From an uncultured cyanobacterium (GTDB lineage: Bacteria; Cyanobacteriota; Cyanobacteriia; Cyanobacteriales; CAWCAG01): a stretch of DNA of 64,000 nucleotides. Positions 11,121-21,730 of this stretch are shown in pieces; positions within the stretch are counted from its first letter, which is position 1; each line of letters opens with the position of its first letter. The notes beneath the pieces are model-generated. The model was not told the DNA's origin, made no database searches, and saw only the letters and a program-made list of their open reading frames with translations. The stretch covers positions 320,001-384,000 of the forward strand of contig CAWDOD010000003.1 of the NCBI GenBank assembly GCA_963803805.1, written 5' to 3'. The translations under genes and the position numbers were made by a program.

Positions 11121-12044
11121 TTATTCTTCGCTATCGTTAGATTTCTCTTCACTACTAGCTTCAGGGGCTTCTTCACTATCGCTAGATGCCTCTTCACTAC
11201 TAGTTTCAGGTACTTCTTCAGCAACAGCTTCAGGTGTCTCTACACTAGCTTCAGGGGCTTCCTCAGCAACAGCTTCAGGTACTTCTTCATCTTCTTCCTC
11301 ATCATAATCAATAGCTTCTACTGCTTGTTCAAACTCTTCGTATTGCTCATCACTATCAACCTTACCGTGACGACCTTCGTAAATAGCGTCAGCTAGCTTA
11401 CCAATAATTAGTTTAATGGAACGAATCGCATCATCATTAGCAGGAATATGAACATCTGCTAAATCAGGATCACAGTTACTATCTAATAAAGAAACAAGGG
11501 GAAGTCCTAACTTTTGGCATTCCAAGATCGCATTGTATTCTCGGCGCTGATCCACAATTACGACAATATCGGGAATACCACGCATGGTTTTAATACCGCC
11601 CAGGTATTTTTCCAGTTTTCCTAATTCGCGACGTAAAACAGACCCTTCTTTTTTAGGTCTTCTTTCAATATTGCCGCTTTCTTCTAAAGCCTCAAGTTCT
11701 TTTAAGCGCTCAACTCTGGTTTTAATTGTTTCCCAGTTAGTGAGCATTCCACCTAGCCAACGCTGGTTAATATAGTAAGAACCACAGCGTTTAGCTTCTT
11801 CAGCAATAATTCCTGCTGCTTGGCGCTTAGTACCGACAAACAAAATTTTCTTACCTTGAGCAGAAGCGTTACGCATATAAATGTAAGCTTCTTCCATTAG
11901 TACAGCAGTTTGTACTAGATCAATGATATGGACACCATTACGGGAAGTGAAGATGTAAGGGTCCATTTTTGGGTTCCAACGGCGAGTTTGATGGCCAAAG
12001 TGAACCCCAGACTGTAGCATTTCTGCTAAAGAAACAACTGGCAT
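11121..12044 (-). CDS. rpsB: 30S ribosomal protein S2 with a long acidic tail
   Basis: [24 protein letters not shown] and PANDDAIRS motifs. Confidence 0.99.
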   Translation of the reverse strand: MPVVSLAEMLQSGVHFGHQTRRWNPKMDPYIFTSRNGVHIIDLVQTAVLMEEAYIYMRNASAQGKKILFVGTKRQAAGIIAEEAKRCGSYYINQRWLGGMLTNWETIKTRVERLKELEALEESGNIERRPKKEGSVLRRELGKLEKYLGGIKTMRGIPDIVVIVDQRREYNAILECQKLGLPLVSLLDSNCDPDLADVHIPANDDAIRSIKLIIGKLADAIYEGRHGKVDSDEQYEEFEQAVEAIDYDEEEDEEVPEAVAEEAPEASVETPEAVAEEVPETSSEEASSDSEEAPEASSEEKSNDSEE

Positions 12045-12049
12045 ATTTT

Positions 12050-12131
12050 AACTTTTCTCCTATTCGGGTTTATCCTCGCATCCAGGTGCATTCTTTTAAG
12101 TTAAAGAACACCCGAATTTCTGGATGTGTGA
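12050..12131 (-). promoter_or_regulatory. rpsB 5' leader (S2 autoregulatory RNA)
   Basis: Minus strand reads CACACATCCAG..TTCGGGT..CTGGATG..AACCCGAA followed by an SD (AGGAG), with complementary segments; extended -10 TGtTAATAT at about 12154-12162. Confidence 0.6.
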
Positions 12132-12637
12132 TATTTATTCAAACAATCCCTCTATATTAACACGGTCTAGTAGGTCAAGGTTAGGGCAGTTGTTTAAAAC
12201 TATCTAAGCCGATAAACTCTAAAATATAAGAGGGAAAAATAAATCTACAATAGAATAATCTCATTAAAGGCAAAAAAGCCTTTTTATATCTGAGACTATA
12301 AATCCGCCTAATCTCAATTTTGCTCTAGTTTTACTAGGTCTTGATTAATTCAATCAAACCAAGATAACTTGACTATTTACATATAAAGCTCAATCAATAT
12401 AAGCCAAATTGAAATAAGCCGTTTATTTTAGTACATGGGGGAAATATTTGTCTTTCCATCTACATTTTTGTCTCTCCCTTAGACAATCCTGAAAGTACAC
12501 TTAATATCTGAAGAGAGAAAATATATCTAGATTTAGTATCACAGGTCGAATTTATTTCTAGTACTTAAGATTTCTTTTCTCTCCTAATTAAGAGTTTGAG
12601 TATTTTCTGTCCTTATTCAGAATCGGACAATCTTTTT

Positions 12638-13702
12638 ATGAAAAGGTTAATTTATATTAGTAAATTTGCTACATCTCTTAGTGAAGAACAAATTCGAGAG
12701 ATTGGTGAAACATCTCGTCGCAATAATTCTCGCTCTAATATCACAGGAATTTTGATTTGTTCTAGGGGGATATTTTTCCAAATCATTGAAGGAGAAAACT
12801 ATAGCATCGACAGGTTGTATGGCAAAATTCTGCAAGATAAACGCCATATAGACATAGTTTGTTTAAAAACAGAGGAAAACGTCAATTTTAGGATGTTTCC
12901 AGATTGGGCAATGGAAACTATCGATTTAGAGAATAATGCAGACGTTTTGCTTGTACCGATTAAAACCATGTTGAATACCATTACTGAGTCGCGAATCATT
13001 TTAGAAAAGTATACTCAACCTAGCTTACTGAAAATATTACAAAAAGGGATAAATCCTTTAGACGCGAAACCGCAAAAGGTGGAGAGAATTATTATGTTTT
13101 GCGACCTAATGTCTTTCTCTCATCTTACTGAAATAGTACCTGTTCAAGAAATCGTAGAAATTCTCAACCAGTACTTTACTATTTGTAGTTCAATTATTAA
13201 TCGTTGGGGAGGAGAAGTTAGCAAATTCATTGGTGATTGTGTCATGGCTTACTTCAATAGTGAACAAGGAGATGAGGCTCTTCAAGCTAGTTTAGAGATT
13301 ATTAATGAATTGGCTAAAGTCAGAGATAATGCACCTGCTGGTAGTGCGGCAAAAGTTCTTTATAGCGGTATTGGTTTAGCAAAAGGAACTGTGATTCAAG
13401 GCAACATTGGTTCTTCTGTTAAACAAGATTATACAATCATTGGTGATGCTGTGAATACTGCTCAAAGATTGGAAGCTTTAACCAGAGAATTACCTTACTT
13501 TATCGCTTTTTCTGCTGACGTTAAAAAAAGCTGCCGCTTATCTAGAGGGTTTGTGGAAGTAGGAAATTTTAAACCAAAAGGTAAGGAAGAAACTTTAACT
13601 ATTTATTCTCTTGATCGCCCTTTGAATCGCAAAACCACTAACCCTCATAAGTTATCAGTAAGGATTAATAAATCCTTGGATAGCATGAGTCTTAATGGGT
13701 AA
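12638..13702 (+). CDS. Photoactivated adenylyl cyclase (BLUF + class III cyclase; OaPAC/bPAC-like)
   Basis: BLUF: MKRLIYISK, FFQIIEG, RMFPDWAM. Cyclase: FCDLMSF, KFIGDCVM, DYTIIGDAVNTAQRLE. ATG at 12638 is preferred over TTG at 12596. Confidence 0.93.
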   Translation: MKRLIYISKFATSLSEEQIREIGETSRRNNSRSNITGILICSRGIFFQIIEGENYSIDRLYGKILQDKRHIDIVCLKTEENVNFRMFPDWAMETIDLENNADVLLVPIKTMLNTITESRIILEKYTQPSLLKILQKGINPLDAKPQKVERIIMFCDLMSFSHLTEIVPVQEIVEILNQYFTICSSIINRWGGEVSKFIGDCVMAYFNSEQGDEALQASLEIINELAKVRDNAPAGSAAKVLYSGIGLAKGTVIQGNIGSSVKQDYTIIGDAVNTAQRLEALTRELPYFIAFSADVKKSCRLSRGFVEVGNFKPKGKEETLTIYSLDRPLNRKTTNPHKLSVRINKSLDSMSLNG

Positions 13703-13732
13703 AGGAAAATATTTAATAGTAGAAACTATTTT

Positions 13733-14557
13733 TTAGTTTAATTTGGAGGACTTACTAGAAGGTAACTTTGGGAAGATGCGATCGCACCAAAAAAGTGTTC
13801 CTGATGCGACACAAAAGGGGATGGTAAAGAAGTTGAGCAAGGGAATACTAATTAAGCCTAAACAAACTAAGCTAAAACTTGCGCTAGAAGGAAAACTTTT
13901 CCACGCTAAACCTAATTTATCACGAAAACTAAGACGACGGCGTTCTGCTGCGGCATCGGTGAAATCCAAGCAAGCAATTGTCGCAGCTAAAGTTGGATAA
14001 CCAATGGTAGAAATAATTGTCCCAGCCACAGGAATAAAGCCAATTAAGAACAGAGTCCCACCTACAATGATTAAGAGCAAAAGCTTTTTTAATTCAAACA
14101 TTAATGCTCGCCAAATATCTGTCCAAAAGCTAACTTCTATAGTATTAAGCTGCCCAAGACGTAATTCTTCAAGCTGTTCTGAAAGTTTTCCGTACCAAGG
14201 CGCACCTAAAATTGAGCCAAGGGTTAAAGTTACATAACCGACAATTAATAATAAGATAAAAACAAATAAAAAGCGTAGCAACCAACCTAAACCAATAATT
14301 AAAAAATCCAACCAACTCAACCATTGAGGTAAGTCAACTATCAGTTGATCTAAGCGATTAGCAAGAATAAGCATTAATTCGGTTATGCCTTGCCAACTTA
14401 CCAACAATAAACCTGTATAAAGGAGAATACCAATAACGAAGTTTACTAAAATAGGTGTTAGTATATAACCCCATAAACGAGGATGGCGACGGAAAATAGC
14501 TAAAGTTTGTAAAGGGTAGGTTGTACTCGTAAAAAATCCACTAAACTCTCGTAGCAT
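13733..14557 (-). CDS. EI24/CysZ family membrane protein
   Basis: Multiple TM helices; GAPWYGKLSEQLE and CLDFTD..ERRRLSFR motifs. Confidence 0.82.
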   Translation of the reverse strand: MLREFSGFFTSTTYPLQTLAIFRRHPRLWGYILTPILVNFVIGILLYTGLLLVSWQGITELMLILANRLDQLIVDLPQWLSWLDFLIIGLGWLLRFLFVFILLLIVGYVTLTLGSILGAPWYGKLSEQLEELRLGQLNTIEVSFWTDIWRALMFELKKLLLLIIVGGTLFLIGFIPVAGTIISTIGYPTLAATIACLDFTDAAAERRRLSFRDKLGLAWKSFPSSASFSLVCLGLISIPLLNFFTIPFCVASGTLFWCDRIFPKLPSSKSSKLN

Positions 14558-14587
14558 AATTTGCAGTTAATCGATAATTAGCAATTA

Positions 14588-17500
14588 TCAAAGCATAACA
14601 GTAGCACCATCATCATTTTCATCTTCTTCGTCTTCTTCATCTTCAATCGGCATCAATTCTTCTAAAGCTTGAGTATTTTCTCCACCTCCAGTAGCCGTGC
14701 CAAAAGAAGTATCATCCCAAGCACTTTTCGGTAAAAGAGGTTCCCCTTCTACACTTTCAATCATCCAAGTAACTCCTTCTTGAACTTCAGGGAATTCATT
14801 TTCTTCCTGTTCCTCTGTTCCTGCCACAAAACTTAAAGAACCAAGATATTTCTCATACTCTTCAACAGAAAATAATGCTCCACTATTAGTAGCAAAAATT
14901 TGATTTGCCTCATCTAATTTTGCTGCAAACAAACAGACATTTTTAAGCTTCGCGCCAGCTAAATTTGCTCCTAAAAGATTAGCTCCAGCTAAATCTGCCC
15001 CTTCTAAGTTAGCGTTGTTGAAATTAGCTTTTGTAAGGTTAGCTCCAGCTAAATAAGTCCAAGTTAAATTAGCATCTTTGAAGTTAGCTTCAGCCAAGTT
15101 GGCATCTCTTAATTCTGCCAAAGAAAGGTTTGCTTTCTTAAAATTAGCTTGAGGCAAAACTAAGTTAGGCAGACTAGCACTTACTAGCTGTATTTTGGTT
15201 AAATTATCTCGGATTCTTGTAGCCAAGCGAGAATGGGAAAGAACCATACTTTGCCCCATAAAAAGTAATAACCTTTGAGAATCAAAATATTCAGGCTGTT
15301 CAGGGTTGCCACAGGGAAAGAAAGGTATTGAGGCTAAACGAGAAGTTACGCATAGTAAAATAAAAGTATTAAGTCCTACGGCTGCGTTAATTTGTAAAAG
15401 ATTCAAAGAATTACCTAACTTCTTCAGTTGACTATGAACTTGGCTAACTACTCCTTCATCAAGCCATTTACCATAGCAATAACCTTGATAAAAAGAGTAC
15501 AGCCTTGCAAATAGAACCGCAAAAGAGAAATCAGCCTGATTTTTCTGCTCCTCTCGCCAAAGACGTTCAACTAACAAATTTTGCATTTCTACAGATAAAA
15601 TACCATGCCCCAAATACGGATAAAGATATTGGGCAACTTCCCCAGAAGAATCGAGAACAAAACTTATTTCTCCGTAGCGATCACGAACTTGAGCCGTAAT
15701 TTGCATCAGTTTTTGAGCAATTTCTTCGGCACTAAGAAACTCCCCTAAACTAGCATGGGTAAAGGTAATGGGTAAACTAGGATGAGGAATAGGCGGAATT
15801 GGATTAGGAACAGGTAAAGTTGGTTCAGCTTGGGGGGAAGGCAAAGAATGAAAGAAGAATGCCGGCAATGGATAAGAAATATCTTCTTTCTTTTCACTAA
15901 TCGTCCAACTCCAATCTCCGGTTTGCCAAATTTTGAAAGCCAACTGCTGTATATCAGCACGAATTTGCTCTGGATCTCGACCCCCTAATAAATGAGCAAT
16001 AGCTTCTGGGGTGCGATAGGCATGGGCTAAACCCTCCCTAACTAATTCTGGCATTTGGTTACTGCCGGGGTAAGGCTGGCCAAGTAACCAACGACAAGTC
16101 CGATCATAAATCTCAAACTTCGCTTGGGGCAGCTTCATTTGCAATAGATTCTCTTCTAATAAGCCGTCTCGATACAAAATCCCTAAAATATAAAGCATCC
16201 AAGGTTGGCGTACTAAGGTAGCTATAGGCTTTTCTTGGGGCCCTTTAGTAAATAATCCCTCTTGTTTTAAAAAAGAAAAATAGGCTTGGGCGATCGCTGG
16301 GGATTGAACATTTTTCCAGTAAATGAACCACTTACGCCATTCTTCTTGGGCCATAGGCTGAATTTGTACCCGTTGTATTTGATTATGTGCGACAAAAACT
16401 TTATTTGCCCTATATTTGCGATTGAGAATTTCTGGGGTTAGCTGCTTAGCTGTCAGCATAATTTTGTGCTTTCTCGGAGGCTGACTAGCAAGGCATTGAC
16501 TATGAAAATAGAAAATTTGCTCTAGTAATACTTCAGGAGTAGGACGAAACCTTTGGGGATGGGGAGGAAGTTCATCTAAACCATCTAAAATCAAAAGACA
16601 AGGAATAGCGCTATTTCCTAACCAGCCGTCGGTATCCCTAAAATTAGCTAGGGGAAAAGCGGAATCGAGGGTTTGCTCTAAATTTTCTCCTAATCTTACT
16701 TCCCGTAGGCGAATCACCACAGGCATCCATTCCGGATAAAGTTCTTGGGCAACCTGGGCTGCCCAAATCTGGCAAAAGCTGGTTTTACCAAATCCTGATT
16801 CTCCTTCTACAACACCAATAGTTTTAGGATCTTCGAGTTGAGATTCAGCCCACTCCATTAAATCAACCTGGCGGCGGGCTTCGGTTACTTCGATCTCATC
16901 CCCTCGTAGAGTTATCGCTTTTAAGGGTACATAAATATCTTTTAAAGCAAAGGGATCTGCCATTAAAGGTTGGCTGAGATTTTTCAGCAATTGGGCGCGA
17001 TATTCTTCCCTTTGTTGATTAATCACAAACTCGTCGCTAACTAAGCGAGGATCAAAATCTTCGCTTTCTGCTTGTTGTCTGCGTCTTTCACTAAACTTGC
17101 CTAAGCCAGCAAATTTTTGTAGTTGAGCCAGGGCAAGGGTATTTTCGGTAATGGTAGTTAGTAAATGCCCCGGTAAGCCATTAACTAAGCGTTGGGTAAT
17201 TAGTTTAGCTTCAGTTTCTTCTGTACCATTGGCAATAAACCAGGCAGTAGCTAAATTATTCATTTGCTTGACTAACAAAGAATTGCCAATAGTAGAGAGG
17301 GCTTGTTCTGCTTGAGTATCGCTAAGTTTCCCTGGCCGTAAAGTTTTGAGGAAAGCTTGGAGTTGAATATCGATTAGGGGTTCATCAAAATCCTCTTCCC
17401 TCATTAAATGAGTACGATTAATCCAAGGTCTTCTAATGGCTGCTTCCTGTTCTAAAATCTGCTGTAAGGCATTGAGATAAGCTACCTGAAAGGCTAGCCA

Positions 17501-17773
17501 AGTACCCTCAGAACGCCGTAAGGGTTTTTTACGATTGAGAAGGCGTAATACTGATTGAGTAAGCTGGGCAACAGGCTTAGCTATTTGCCAAGCGGAAATT
17601 AAAGGTAATTCTAAAACATCCGTCAGGGAACAGAGATCAAAAGGAGTCAAGCTTTTGACACTCATATCTTGAACCATACGAAAAGCAATACTAGACACCT
17701 CTGCACCGGGGTGTCCTAATTGTGCGAGTTTAATGTGGCGTTCTGCTAACCACTGCTTAATCTTTAGGCTCAT
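14588..17773 (-). CDS. NACHT-like NTPase with C-terminal pentapeptide repeats
   Basis: Walker A GESGFGKT, Walker B LLILDGLDE, A(N/D)L..A repeats and an acidic tail. Confidence 0.85.
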   Translation of the reverse strand: MSLKIKQWLAERHIKLAQLGHPGAEVSSIAFRMVQDMSVKSLTPFDLCSLTDVLELPLISAWQIAKPVAQLTQSVLRLLNRKKPLRRSEGTWLAFQVAYLNALQQILEQEAAIRRPWINRTHLMREEDFDEPLIDIQLQAFLKTLRPGKLSDTQAEQALSTIGNSLLVKQMNNLATAWFIANGTEETEAKLITQRLVNGLPGHLLTTITENTLALAQLQKFAGLGKFSERRRQQAESEDFDPRLVSDEFVINQQREEYRAQLLKNLSQPLMADPFALKDIYVPLKAITLRGDEIEVTEARRQVDLMEWAESQLEDPKTIGVVEGESGFGKTSFCQIWAAQVAQELYPEWMPVVIRLREVRLGENLEQTLDSAFPLANFRDTDGWLGNSAIPCLLILDGLDELPPHPQRFRPTPEVLLEQIFYFHSQCLASQPPRKHKIMLTAKQLTPEILNRKYRANKVFVAHNQIQRVQIQPMAQEEWRKWFIYWKNVQSPAIAQAYFSFLKQEGLFTKGPQEKPIATLVRQPWMLYILGILYRDGLLEENLLQMKLPQAKFEIYDRTCRWLLGQPYPGSNQMPELVREGLAHAYRTPEAIAHLLGGRDPEQIRADIQQLAFKIWQTGDWSWTISEKKEDISYPLPAFFFHSLPSPQAEPTLPVPNPIPPIPHPSLPITFTHASLGEFLSAEEIAQKLMQITAQVRDRYGEISFVLDSSGEVAQYLYPYLGHGILSVEMQNLLVERLWREEQKNQADFSFAVLFARLYSFYQGYCYGKWLDEGVVSQVHSQLKKLGNSLNLLQINAAVGLNTFILLCVTSRLASIPFFPCGNPEQPEYFDSQRLLLFMGQSMVLSHSRLATRIRDNLTKIQLVSASLPNLVLPQANFKKANLSLAELRDANLAEANFKDANLTWTYLAGANLTKANFNNANLEGADLAGANLLGANLAGAKLKNVCLFAAKLDEANQIFATNSGALFSVEEYEKYLGSLSFVAGTEEQEENEFPEVQEGVTWMIESVEGEPLLPKSAWDDTSFGTATGGGENTQALEELMPIEDEEDEEDENDDGATVML

Positions 17774-17980
17774 ATAAATTTAATAATTCTAATACTGCGC
17801 CCAGCTTGATTTTTAAACTTAATACAATATGACAAGTCAGAAATACTTGCCATTAACTCTTTCTTCGTAGTTAATTACTAGTATTGGGCAACAAAGTCTT
17901 GACTGTTAATTTCGGAATAAGCATTCCGGTTTTCTGTTCTCGGTCATTGATTATTCTTTAATGGCAGTAAGCTCCTATCC

Positions 17981-19786
17981 GTGGTCAAAAGACATCGTGT
18001 ATCTACAAATATTCAGTCCCGCAAACGACGGGGACGTAAAGTTATCAGGTTAACAGAGTTAACTTCTGTATCTACTGAGCAAACCAAACAGGGCCAGAAA
18101 AAGCAAATTCTCGTCCGCAAATATGATCATAAACCTCAAAAAAAAGGTGGCTATTGGCCCTTGTTATTTTTTTGGTTTAATGTACTCCTAATTGTGGGAG
18201 GAAGTGCCTCTTTGGGTATTTTATGGTTAACTAAGTTACCACCCCAGGTAGATTGCCGAGAACTATCCCCTTTAGCGGCAGATAGCGATCGCCTATTTTG
18301 TGTCCAAAAAGCAGCAGAGTCAGGAGAGTTGGCCTCTCTTGCCCAGGCAATTAATTTAGTAGCACCTTGGCAACAAAATCATCCTCTTTATCCTGAAGCT
18401 CAACGTTTATTAGGAACTTGGTCAGGGGAAGTTTTAAAAATGGCCCGGGAAAAAATTAGCCGAGGTCAATTTGAAACTGCTGTGGCTACAGCAAAAAAAA
18501 TTCCCGTTACAAGTCCTTTATACCCTGAAGCTCAAGCGGCGATCGCTGCTTGGGAACATCAGTGGCAGTTAGGAAAAGAAGTTATTACCCAATTTGAGAA
18601 TGCCCTTAAAAACCAAAACTGGCAACAAGCGACTCAATTACTGCCTGAACTTTCTCAATTGAAGATGAAATACTGGCAAGAAGTTGGTATTGATGAGTTG
18701 ATGGTTAGATTGACGAAAGAAAAGTCTGCTTGGCAGCAGTTACAGGACGCTCAGGAAATTGCCAAACCTAATACTCCTCAAGCTTTAGGAGAAGCGATCG
18801 CCTTAATTGGCAAAATTGGGGCCCAAACCTATGCTAAAGCTGAAGGGGAAAGAGTGCAAAATATTTGGGGACGCAAGTTGTTAACCATTACAGGAGAACT
18901 TGTTAATAAACAGAAGTTCCTTGAAGCCGTTGCTGTAGCGAACTATATTCCCTCTAATAGTAAACTTTATGGAGAGGCGGAAGATTGGATTGCTTTAAGC
19001 CAGGCTTCCCAAATGGCTCAAAAACAAAATATTATTACCTATTTAGATGCTTTAGCTGGTTTAGAGAAAATTGATAGCCAAAGTCCTATTTATCAAAAAG
19101 CTCAAGAAAAAGCAGCTCAATGGCAAGGTCAATTGCAAGCTAAAATGCAACTGAGACTTGCTCGTACTACCGCTCAGTTAGGTTATAAGCATAGTTTGGA
19201 TTTAGCAGTAGCCCAAGCCCAAAAAATCGAGCCAGGAAGCCCCGGAAGAATAGAAGCCCAAACCTGGATTGCTAAATGGCGCAAAGATTTGGCTTTCATT
19301 GAAGATCGTTTTATTTTAGCAGAGGCCAAAAAAATTGCCGTTGGGGGTAATATAGATGCCTTGAAAGGGGGTATTATTAAAGCCCAGGAAATTATTAAGG
19401 GTCGCCCTTTGCGCATTGAAGCTCAAACCTGGATCGCTTGGTGGGACAAAGAAGTTAAAATTCTTGAAGACCAACCGACCCTAGATTTAGCGAAAGGATT
19501 TGCTCAACGAGGTGAATGGGAAACAGCGATTAAGACAGTACAAAAAATTAGCTCTAACCGCCCCCTCTATCCAGAAGCCCAAAGCCTAGCAGTACAATGG
19601 TCACAAGCAATTAAACAAGCCCAAGATCGCGAAATCTTACAAACCGCCACAATTTTAGCTCAACAAGGCGACCTTAAAGGGGCTATTACCCAAGCTAGCG
19701 TAATTCAAGCTAGCCGCCCTCTTTACCCTGAAGCACAAATTGCGATCGCCGCTTGGAAACTACAGTTACAGAATGAAAACCCTTGA
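17981..19786 (+). CDS. Membrane-anchored helical-repeat protein
   Basis: Single TM followed by repeated A..I....PLY.EAQ..I..W units. Confidence 0.75.
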   Translation: MVKRHRVSTNIQSRKRRGRKVIRLTELTSVSTEQTKQGQKKQILVRKYDHKPQKKGGYWPLLFFWFNVLLIVGGSASLGILWLTKLPPQVDCRELSPLAADSDRLFCVQKAAESGELASLAQAINLVAPWQQNHPLYPEAQRLLGTWSGEVLKMAREKISRGQFETAVATAKKIPVTSPLYPEAQAAIAAWEHQWQLGKEVITQFENALKNQNWQQATQLLPELSQLKMKYWQEVGIDELMVRLTKEKSAWQQLQDAQEIAKPNTPQALGEAIALIGKIGAQTYAKAEGERVQNIWGRKLLTITGELVNKQKFLEAVAVANYIPSNSKLYGEAEDWIALSQASQMAQKQNIITYLDALAGLEKIDSQSPIYQKAQEKAAQWQGQLQAKMQLRLARTTAQLGYKHSLDLAVAQAQKIEPGSPGRIEAQTWIAKWRKDLAFIEDRFILAEAKKIAVGGNIDALKGGIIKAQEIIKGRPLRIEAQTWIAWWDKEVKILEDQPTLDLAKGFAQRGEWETAIKTVQKISSNRPLYPEAQSLAVQWSQAIKQAQDREILQTATILAQQGDLKGAITQASVIQASRPLYPEAQIAIAAWKLQLQNENP

Positions 19787-19821
19787 GTCTGTTAATCTGT
19801 AGTATCAGGGTTTTCGCTGGT

Positions 19822-19860
19822 TACTAGTTGCTAATTGCTAATTGCTAGCTGATAACTGAT
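19822..19860. repeat. Heptameric STRR tract (CTAATTG-like)n
   Basis: ctagttg ctaattg ctaattg ctagctg ataactg; similar tracts at about 43337-43377, 46520-46553 and 60291-60323. Confidence 0.7.
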
Positions 19861-19915
19861 GCCTAACAGCAACGGCAAGCCGTACATTGATCATTGATTC
19901 CTACTCCCTTCTCAA

Positions 19916-21610
19916 ATGAGCGACGATAAAATCAAGCTAGTTCTCATTGATGATGATCCTGTCTTCCAATTGGGTCTATCTGCGGCTTTCCAAGCTTATA
20001 CGGATTTGGAAATTGTCGGCAGAGGGGAAATGTCTAAGTGGGCAGAAATATTGGCTTCTTTGGGGCAGAATAGCCATTTGGTAATTTTGTTAGCCTCTGG
20101 AGATGATTTTCCTGGACAGCTATGTCAACAAATGCAACAAGATTATCCCCTGGGAAAAATTTTGTTGTTATTAACTCAAGCAAATTTAGAACTACAAACT
20201 ACTGCGAAAGCATCAGGAGTTGTAGGTTATTGTCTCAAAGGGATTGCGATCGCCGATTTAGTTGCAGCTATTCGTCTAGTTGCTTCAGGGCAAGAATATT
20301 GGAGCCAATCATCTCCTTCTCCTTATACCCTCAAAAATCCCTTACCCAAGCCTGTACGCCCTCCACAATGGCTGTACAATATGCGTCAATCGGGGTTACA
20401 ACAAATTGAAGATAGCCTCGTTCAAGTTAAGAGTTTTTTACAAAAACCCCAGTTAACTTTGGTGGATCTTTGGTATTGGCAAGGTAGGCATCGAGAGTTA
20501 GTTGCTGCACGGTGGTTAGTTAATCAGCTTTTACCTGTAGAAGTTATTCTTGAACCAGCTAATAATCAAGCGAATTCCCAATCTTCTACTTCCTTAGTCG
20601 CTTCTCAGCAATTTTTGTTAGCAGAAACTTCAGCTAATTTGACGACTTCTCAATTATTGTTTGCTAACACCTTAGAAAAAATTCAATCAGGGGTAAAAAA
20701 TACCACAGATCAAGTTCTTGAGATCGATGTTCTCCGGGAAGATAAAAAGCAGGAATTGCTTTATTTGGTTTTACAACAGGTAGGTAAGACCCTTGAAGAA
20801 TTAACTTTTTTGAAGATTGATTCAGAGCAATTATCTCAACGAAGAGAAGCAATTTTGCGACAAGTTTGGCAATCTGCCACCACAGAATTTTTTAGTAAGT
20901 ATTATATTCCTAAATCTAATCAACCTGATTATCGTCTTGTGGACTTCTTGCTACGGGATGCAGAAACTTTTATCTCTACAAGCAAAGAAAAAATCCCTTT
21001 TGTTATTGAATTACTGGCTTATTTAAGCCAAGAAAAGCCCTTAATTATTGATAATATTCCCTATCCCCTGGCAGCACCTGAATCATTAGCTAGGGCAGAG
21101 ATAATTTTACATAACTTGATTATTCAATTAGCGAATGGAGTTATGGAACTACTCTTAAATAACTATCCAGAAGCAGAAACTATTAAATATAATCTTTATC
21201 AAAAGCGCTTCTTTTCTTCGCGAGAAATCGCCCGGTTTCGTAACGACCTTTCTTGGCGATATCGTCAAGAATACTATCTCAATCAACCCAAAGCAATATT
21301 TGAAAGTAAGTATAGGTTATTTTATTTTAACGGTATTAGTTTAAAGAAAATTTTTATTTATGGCTCTCGCCAAAACGAACTTGATCAACTCACCGGTTTA
21401 CCTTGGTTAATTACGATCATTTTAGAAACACGAGATGCGATCGCACCTCGTGTTAGGGCTTTAGTTGGTTTAATTGGCAACGGCGCTGTATATATTTTGA
21501 CCCAAGTGGTTGGTAAAGGAATTGGTTTAATTGGACGCGGTATTATTCAAGGGGTTGGTAATAGTTTGCAAGAGACAAGATATGGTAAAAATGAACAAAG
21601 AGGAAAGTGA
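19916..21610 (+). CDS. Receiver-like domain + DUF3685 (Ycf55-like) protein
   Basis: N-terminal LVLIDDDPVF receiver fold; SSREIARFRNDLSW, PKAIFES and LETRDAIAPR motifs. Confidence 0.85.
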   Translation: MSDDKIKLVLIDDDPVFQLGLSAAFQAYTDLEIVGRGEMSKWAEILASLGQNSHLVILLASGDDFPGQLCQQMQQDYPLGKILLLLTQANLELQTTAKASGVVGYCLKGIAIADLVAAIRLVASGQEYWSQSSPSPYTLKNPLPKPVRPPQWLYNMRQSGLQQIEDSLVQVKSFLQKPQLTLVDLWYWQGRHRELVAARWLVNQLLPVEVILEPANNQANSQSSTSLVASQQFLLAETSANLTTSQLLFANTLEKIQSGVKNTTDQVLEIDVLREDKKQELLYLVLQQVGKTLEELTFLKIDSEQLSQRREAILRQVWQSATTEFFSKYYIPKSNQPDYRLVDFLLRDAETFISTSKEKIPFVIELLAYLSQEKPLIIDNIPYPLAAPESLARAEIILHNLIIQLANGVMELLLNNYPEAETIKYNLYQKRFFSSREIARFRNDLSWRYRQEYYLNQPKAIFESKYRLFYFNGISLKKIFIYGSRQNELDQLTGLPWLITIILETRDAIAPRVRALVGLIGNGAVYILTQVVGKGIGLIGRGIIQGVGNSLQETRYGKNEQRGK

Positions 21611-21730
21611 TATAAAATTTGTTTTAGCATGGTTGTGGCAAGTAAGCGTCCTTTAAATGAAGTTTACTAACCCTTGGGCTTACTTCTCCTGTTGACAATA
21701 TTTTCAGTACGACGATACTCGGTGCATTAA

